The position numbers were made by a program, and so were the translations under genes. This document shows positions 60,201 to 64,000 of a stretch of 64,000 nt of DNA, one piece after another; position 1 is the stretch's first letter; every line of letters begins with the position of its first letter. Below the pieces are notes generated by a model that saw only the letters and a list, made by a program, of their open reading frames with translations, was not told the origin of the DNA and did no database searches. The stretch is taken from NCBI GenBank assembly GCA_030704615.1, contig CM060731.1, positions 83,700,001-83,764,000 of the forward strand, in the 5' to 3' direction. Origin of the DNA: Takakia lepidozioides (taxonomy: Eukaryota > Plantae > Bryophyta).

Positions 60201-63200
60201 TCCACAGGTGACGACGAATGCGCAAGAGCAGCTGGACACACAAGCACATCAGTTCAAGATGGAGATATCTCCTGCAGCAGAGAGCCTACGTGACTATGTG
60301 ACGAGGTACTTTCTGCTCTACAAAACCAACCTATTCTTTCGGGAGATAGCAGATGCTCGCCGGAGCCACGAGTTCACCGACCAGCCGAACGCGGACAAAG
60401 CAGCAATGCGCCTTCTGTACAGGTACATACGCGCTGCCTTTCTTTCAAGTCCTGGCATTTCAGGATGTTAGAGGCCTAAGTGGTGTTAGGGAAAATGGCG
60501 CCGAATTTCCAGTCAGGGCTCCGAAAATGGCAAAGTCCCTAGACTGGCTGGCCCGGAACTGGAAATTCGGCGCCATTTTCCAGTTCCAGGCCCTATTGCC
60601 GTTCAGGGACTTAGCCATTTTCGGGCTAAGTCCCTAGTGTGGCTGGCCCGGAACTGGAAATTCGGCGCCGTTTTCCAGTTCTAGGCCCTATTGCCGTCCA
60701 GGGACTTAGCCATTTTCGGGCTAAGTCCCTAGACTGGCTGGCCCTGAAGTGGAAATTCGGCGCCATATTCCAGTTCCAGGCCCTATTGCCGTCCAGGGAC
60801 TTAGCCATTTTCGGTCTAAGTCCCTAGGGTGGCTGGCCCGGAACTGGAAATTCGGCGCCGTTTTCCAGTTCTAGGCCCTATTGCCGTCCAGGGACTTAGC
60901 CATTTTCGGGCTAAGTCCCTAGACTGGCTGGCCCTGAAGTGGAAATTCGGCGCCATATTCCAGTTCCAGGCCCTATTGCCGTCCAGGGACTTAGCCATTT
61001 TCGGTCTAAGTCCCTAGGGTGGCTGGCCCGGAACTGGAAATTCGGCGCCGTTTTCCAGTTCTAGGCCCTATTGCCGTCCAGGGACTTAGCCATTTTTGGT
61101 CTAAGTCCCTAGGGTGGCTGGCCCGGAAGTGGAAATTCGGCGCCGTTTTCCAGTTCCAGGCCCTATTGCCGTCCAGGGACTTAGCCATTTTCGGGCTAAG
61201 TCCCTAGACTGGGTGGCCCTGAAGTGGAAATTCGGCGCCATATTCCAGTTGTAGGCCCTATTGCCGTTCAGGGACTTAGCCATTTTCGGACCTCATTGGG
61301 TTTTTCATGAATGCAGGTACTGTAAGTTCTCGCTTTTGGAGAAAGGTCATCTGTCTTTCGAGCCACCATTCTTCCTGGCATGGAGGAACCCTGGGGCTGA
61401 CTCCATGTACACTGACGATATTGTGAAGGAGTGGCATCTGGAACATTTGCGTGATTGCCCTTGGTATGTGGACCTTCCGCCCGGCTCGCTCGACCCATCC
61501 GAGTTTCAATTGAAGCTGGATGCTGAATTCCGACGAAACCGGGCTCCGCTGCCTCCGTTGGGTGCAAAAGAGGCAAAAGCGCTTGCGAACTCCAGGAAAG
61601 CGGCAGAGCCTGCTCAGGCAGGAATTCAGAAGAAATTGCATGAGAAGAGTAAAGGTCAAAGGAAAAGGACAAGGAAACAGGTGACTGCAGTAACACCCAA
61701 AAAGAAGAAAACCATCGGGGCATCGGAGGAGGCGCAGGAGGGGACCCAAGAGAGTGACTCCGACGCCGATTTTGTTCAAGGTCCTGCGACTGCTGTTGCT
61801 CCTACCCAGTCACCGGTCGTCCGGGTTCCCAAGTCAGTTCGGAGTGGGACTGGCTCTGCCAAGAAGTTGGCATTTGAGGGCGAGCCTACACGGCGGTATT
61901 CGGCGGTGACGTTTACGCACAGGCCAAAGCTAGAACCTCCAACCATCATCCAATGCGTCAATGAGAGCTTCCTTGACGCTCTCGCTGCCAGGGCGAAGAA
62001 GGTGGCACACAACAAGTCTCTGGCGGAGCAGAAGGGGAAAGCCAAGAAGAGGGCTGCCGGTACAGAGCCTAAAGACACCCCTGGTTTTGAAGCCATGATG
62101 GAATTCTTCACGGCTGTGAGCACGAATTGCAAGAGCACTCGGGGGGGGGGTTGAGGTGGAGAGAGCTTGCGACATGATTCTCCTCGACATTCCAGATGGG
62201 GAGCTGCTGGAGGGCCTGGATGGTGTGCCCACCTGGAACAGGTTTACTGAGGACTACTGGAAAGCCGGGTTTGGGCTGGCGGGGATGCTTCTGGATGACG
62301 GTGGATGTGTGGTTGTCCTTGCCACGAGAGGGAAGACCACAGAGAATGCGGTGGCAAGGTGGACACCGAAAAGTGTCACCCCGGTCCTCCTCAGAAAATG
62401 GTTCTGCATCAGTACGCAGGGGTTGCGAACAGAGGGCCAAAGTGTAAGTTATCAATCTATTGCATTCACTTCATATTGTGGTGTATGTTAAGTAGACCCT
62501 GGAATTGATCCCTTCTTTGTTGGATGTGCAGACATTGGTGTTTGAGGCATATTGCTTTGTGAAGAGAGGGTCTACGTTCAAATTCCGCAACGACGGTCGT
62601 CTTGTTGATGCCGCTGTGGACCCTGTAACCTACGATGTCCTCTACAACTATGTGCCCCACTCTAGTATGCCGAAGGACACAAAGACAGGCAAACCGTGGC
62701 GGTACAGCCGGACCCGAAGCCCTGCTTTCATCCAAACCCTCATGGAGACGTGCTCGGATGTCCAAGGGCGGATTCTGGACCTCACATGCGGCACGGGTAA
62801 GCCTTCACGTGCTCAGTTTGTCCCCTGGCCCCATTGCAATTGCATGCCGCAAGCTATTAACCGCCCGCTTTGTTCCTCAGGTGCTTCAATGTGGGCAGGG
62901 ACGTTGTCCGACAGGCATGTGTTCGCCTTCGAGCCAGATACTGCCCTCCACAACTCGGAACTTGCAGCGGCTGAACGTCTGCCGAAAGAGGAAGAGGCAT
63001 CCTCGGAGGATGAGGAAAAATCCGAGAAGGAGCAGGGGGAGGAAGTTGGGATCGAGGCCGAGGAGCCCCCGGTTTACGAGTGAGTGGTGGCATTGTAAGT
63101 TGCCTCCAGATTTTGTGAGGCACCTCCCTCCGCTCTCTTATTTCATTGAAAACCCTTTCTGGTTGTGCTGGTATTGACATTCTTCAAGTGGATTTGTTCT

Positions 63201-63668
63201 TACTGTAGGATGCCAAGTACTGCCGGAGGGACGTCTACACCGGAGTTCATGGGCAGGAGGAACGTGCCTTTTTTTGCCAGGGGAGATTTCATGCCTAGTC
63301 CAGAAAGGGAGTACATCCTGCCTACTTATGCTGCCCGGCTTGCTTCGGTGTCCATTAGGAGGTGTTCCGAACGTAGTCGTGTACAGCAGATTTTAGACGA
63401 GGCAAGCCTCAAGAAAATGAAGATGAGGGAGGAGGCAGCAGCTATTAGAGCCCGTCGGGCTCGTAGATTTGTGTTGGATTCTGCTGAGGAAAGTGGGGGA
63501 GAAGACGCAGAAGATTCCCAGGAGGTGAGGTGGACAGTCCCCCAAGGAGAGGACGGGATTTTTGAGAGGCATAGTGGAACTGATGCATCACAGAGCTCGG
63601 AGGATGAGGGGGATGAGGGGGATGAGGAAGAAGGTGGGGCAAGTTCCTCGGAGGGTGTAGGAGAGTAG
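57243..63668 (+). CDS. Multi-exon gene: basic N-terminus, low-complexity region, ParB/Srx-like domain, helical region, beta-class N4-C/N6-A methyltransferase domain, acidic tail
   Basis: GT-AG introns inferred at 59206-59323, 59514-59616, ~60423-61316, 62444-62531, 62797-62880 and 63080-63208. DIPDG at 62186; spliced motif I ILDLTCGTG|ASMWAGTLSDRHVFAFEPD. A few 1-bp frameshifts as assembled. Confidence 0.85.
60490..61290. repeat. Intronic 95-bp tandem array (190-bp higher-order period)
   Basis: Identical or near-identical spurious ORFs recur at 60626, 60816 and 61006; each unit has two hairpin palindromes. Confidence 0.93.
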
Positions 63669-63829
63669 TGCCCATTCCGGCTATGACAGTTAGAACACAC
63701 TTGTATAGACGTGGCTTGCCACAAAATTTGCAATAAAATGTTGCATTTTAAGTCCACTGGTGTCACATTCCAACTTCACATGACCCTATTTCCGTGCCTC
63801 CTAACCCTATTTCCGTGGACTCACAATGG

Positions 63830-63889
63830 TCTGCTCATGCTTTTTTTTTTTCCGCTCATGCTCATGCCGCTCATGAAATAGCAGCCCCC
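63830..63889 (-). repeat. Right TIR
   Basis: CTGCTCATGC(T)nCCGCTCATGCTCATGCCGCTCATGAAATAGCAGCCCCC; the same end is at 42298-42357 and inverted at 3163. Confidence 0.9.
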
Positions 63890-64000
63890 CACGGGAGTAC
63901 AGTCGGGCTATGATTATGCCCTTCAACCAAATTCCCATTGTGTTGGATTTGGCTTGGAAGGAATTTAGTCCTCCGCAATCGTTGGCACATTACTATCAAA

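Larger units (their letters stand above)
49533..63889 (+). mobile_element. Copy C: complete ~14.36-kb MULE-like DNA transposon carrying a ParB-like/amino-methyltransferase gene
   Basis: Termini GAGGTTTGCTATTTCATGAGC (49533) and GCTCATGAAATAGCAGCCCCC (63889). Perfect 8-bp TSD CACGGGAG at 49525-49532 and 63890-63897. Two divergent genes and three palindrome arrays. Confidence 0.96.

Noticed and set aside
57243-63668. Bacterial restriction-modification system, plasmid par locus or contamination
   Set aside because: The gene has multiple GT-AG introns conserved between subfamilies and lies within a TSD-flanked MULE among plant retroelements; no REase or ParA seen.

Overview
This is eukaryotic repeat-rich DNA with GT-AG introns, probably from a land plant given the chromovirus, CACTA and L1 content. 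It is almost entirely nested transposons, and I recognise no ordinary host gene. The dominant element is a ~14 kb Mutator-like (MULE) DNA transposon, present as one complete copy (copy C, 49533-63889) with short imperfect TIRs and an 8-bp TSD (CACGGGAG). It carries two divergent genes. One is a MULE DDE/SWIM transposase. The other is a large spliced gene fusing a ParB/Sulfiredoxin-like domain to a prokaryote-type beta-class (N4-C/N6-A) amino-methyltransferase domain. The non-coding parts of the element, including an intron, are packed with arrays of a 20-bp palindrome, GAAATTCGGCGCCGAATTTC. Four relatives are also present: near-identical copy B (29175-42357), internally deleted copy A (3163-~6400), a diverged subfamily 2 (~12540-29174) whose palindrome has co-varied to GAAATGCGGNNCCGCATTTC, and a distant subfamily 3 fragment (~400-1225). 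Other content: a degenerate chromodomain Ty3/gypsy element plus a solo LTR, an L1 3' fragment, a CACTA end, a REL-endonuclease non-LTR fragment, and other retroelement debris. All domain calls come from reading motifs by eye; no database searches were run.
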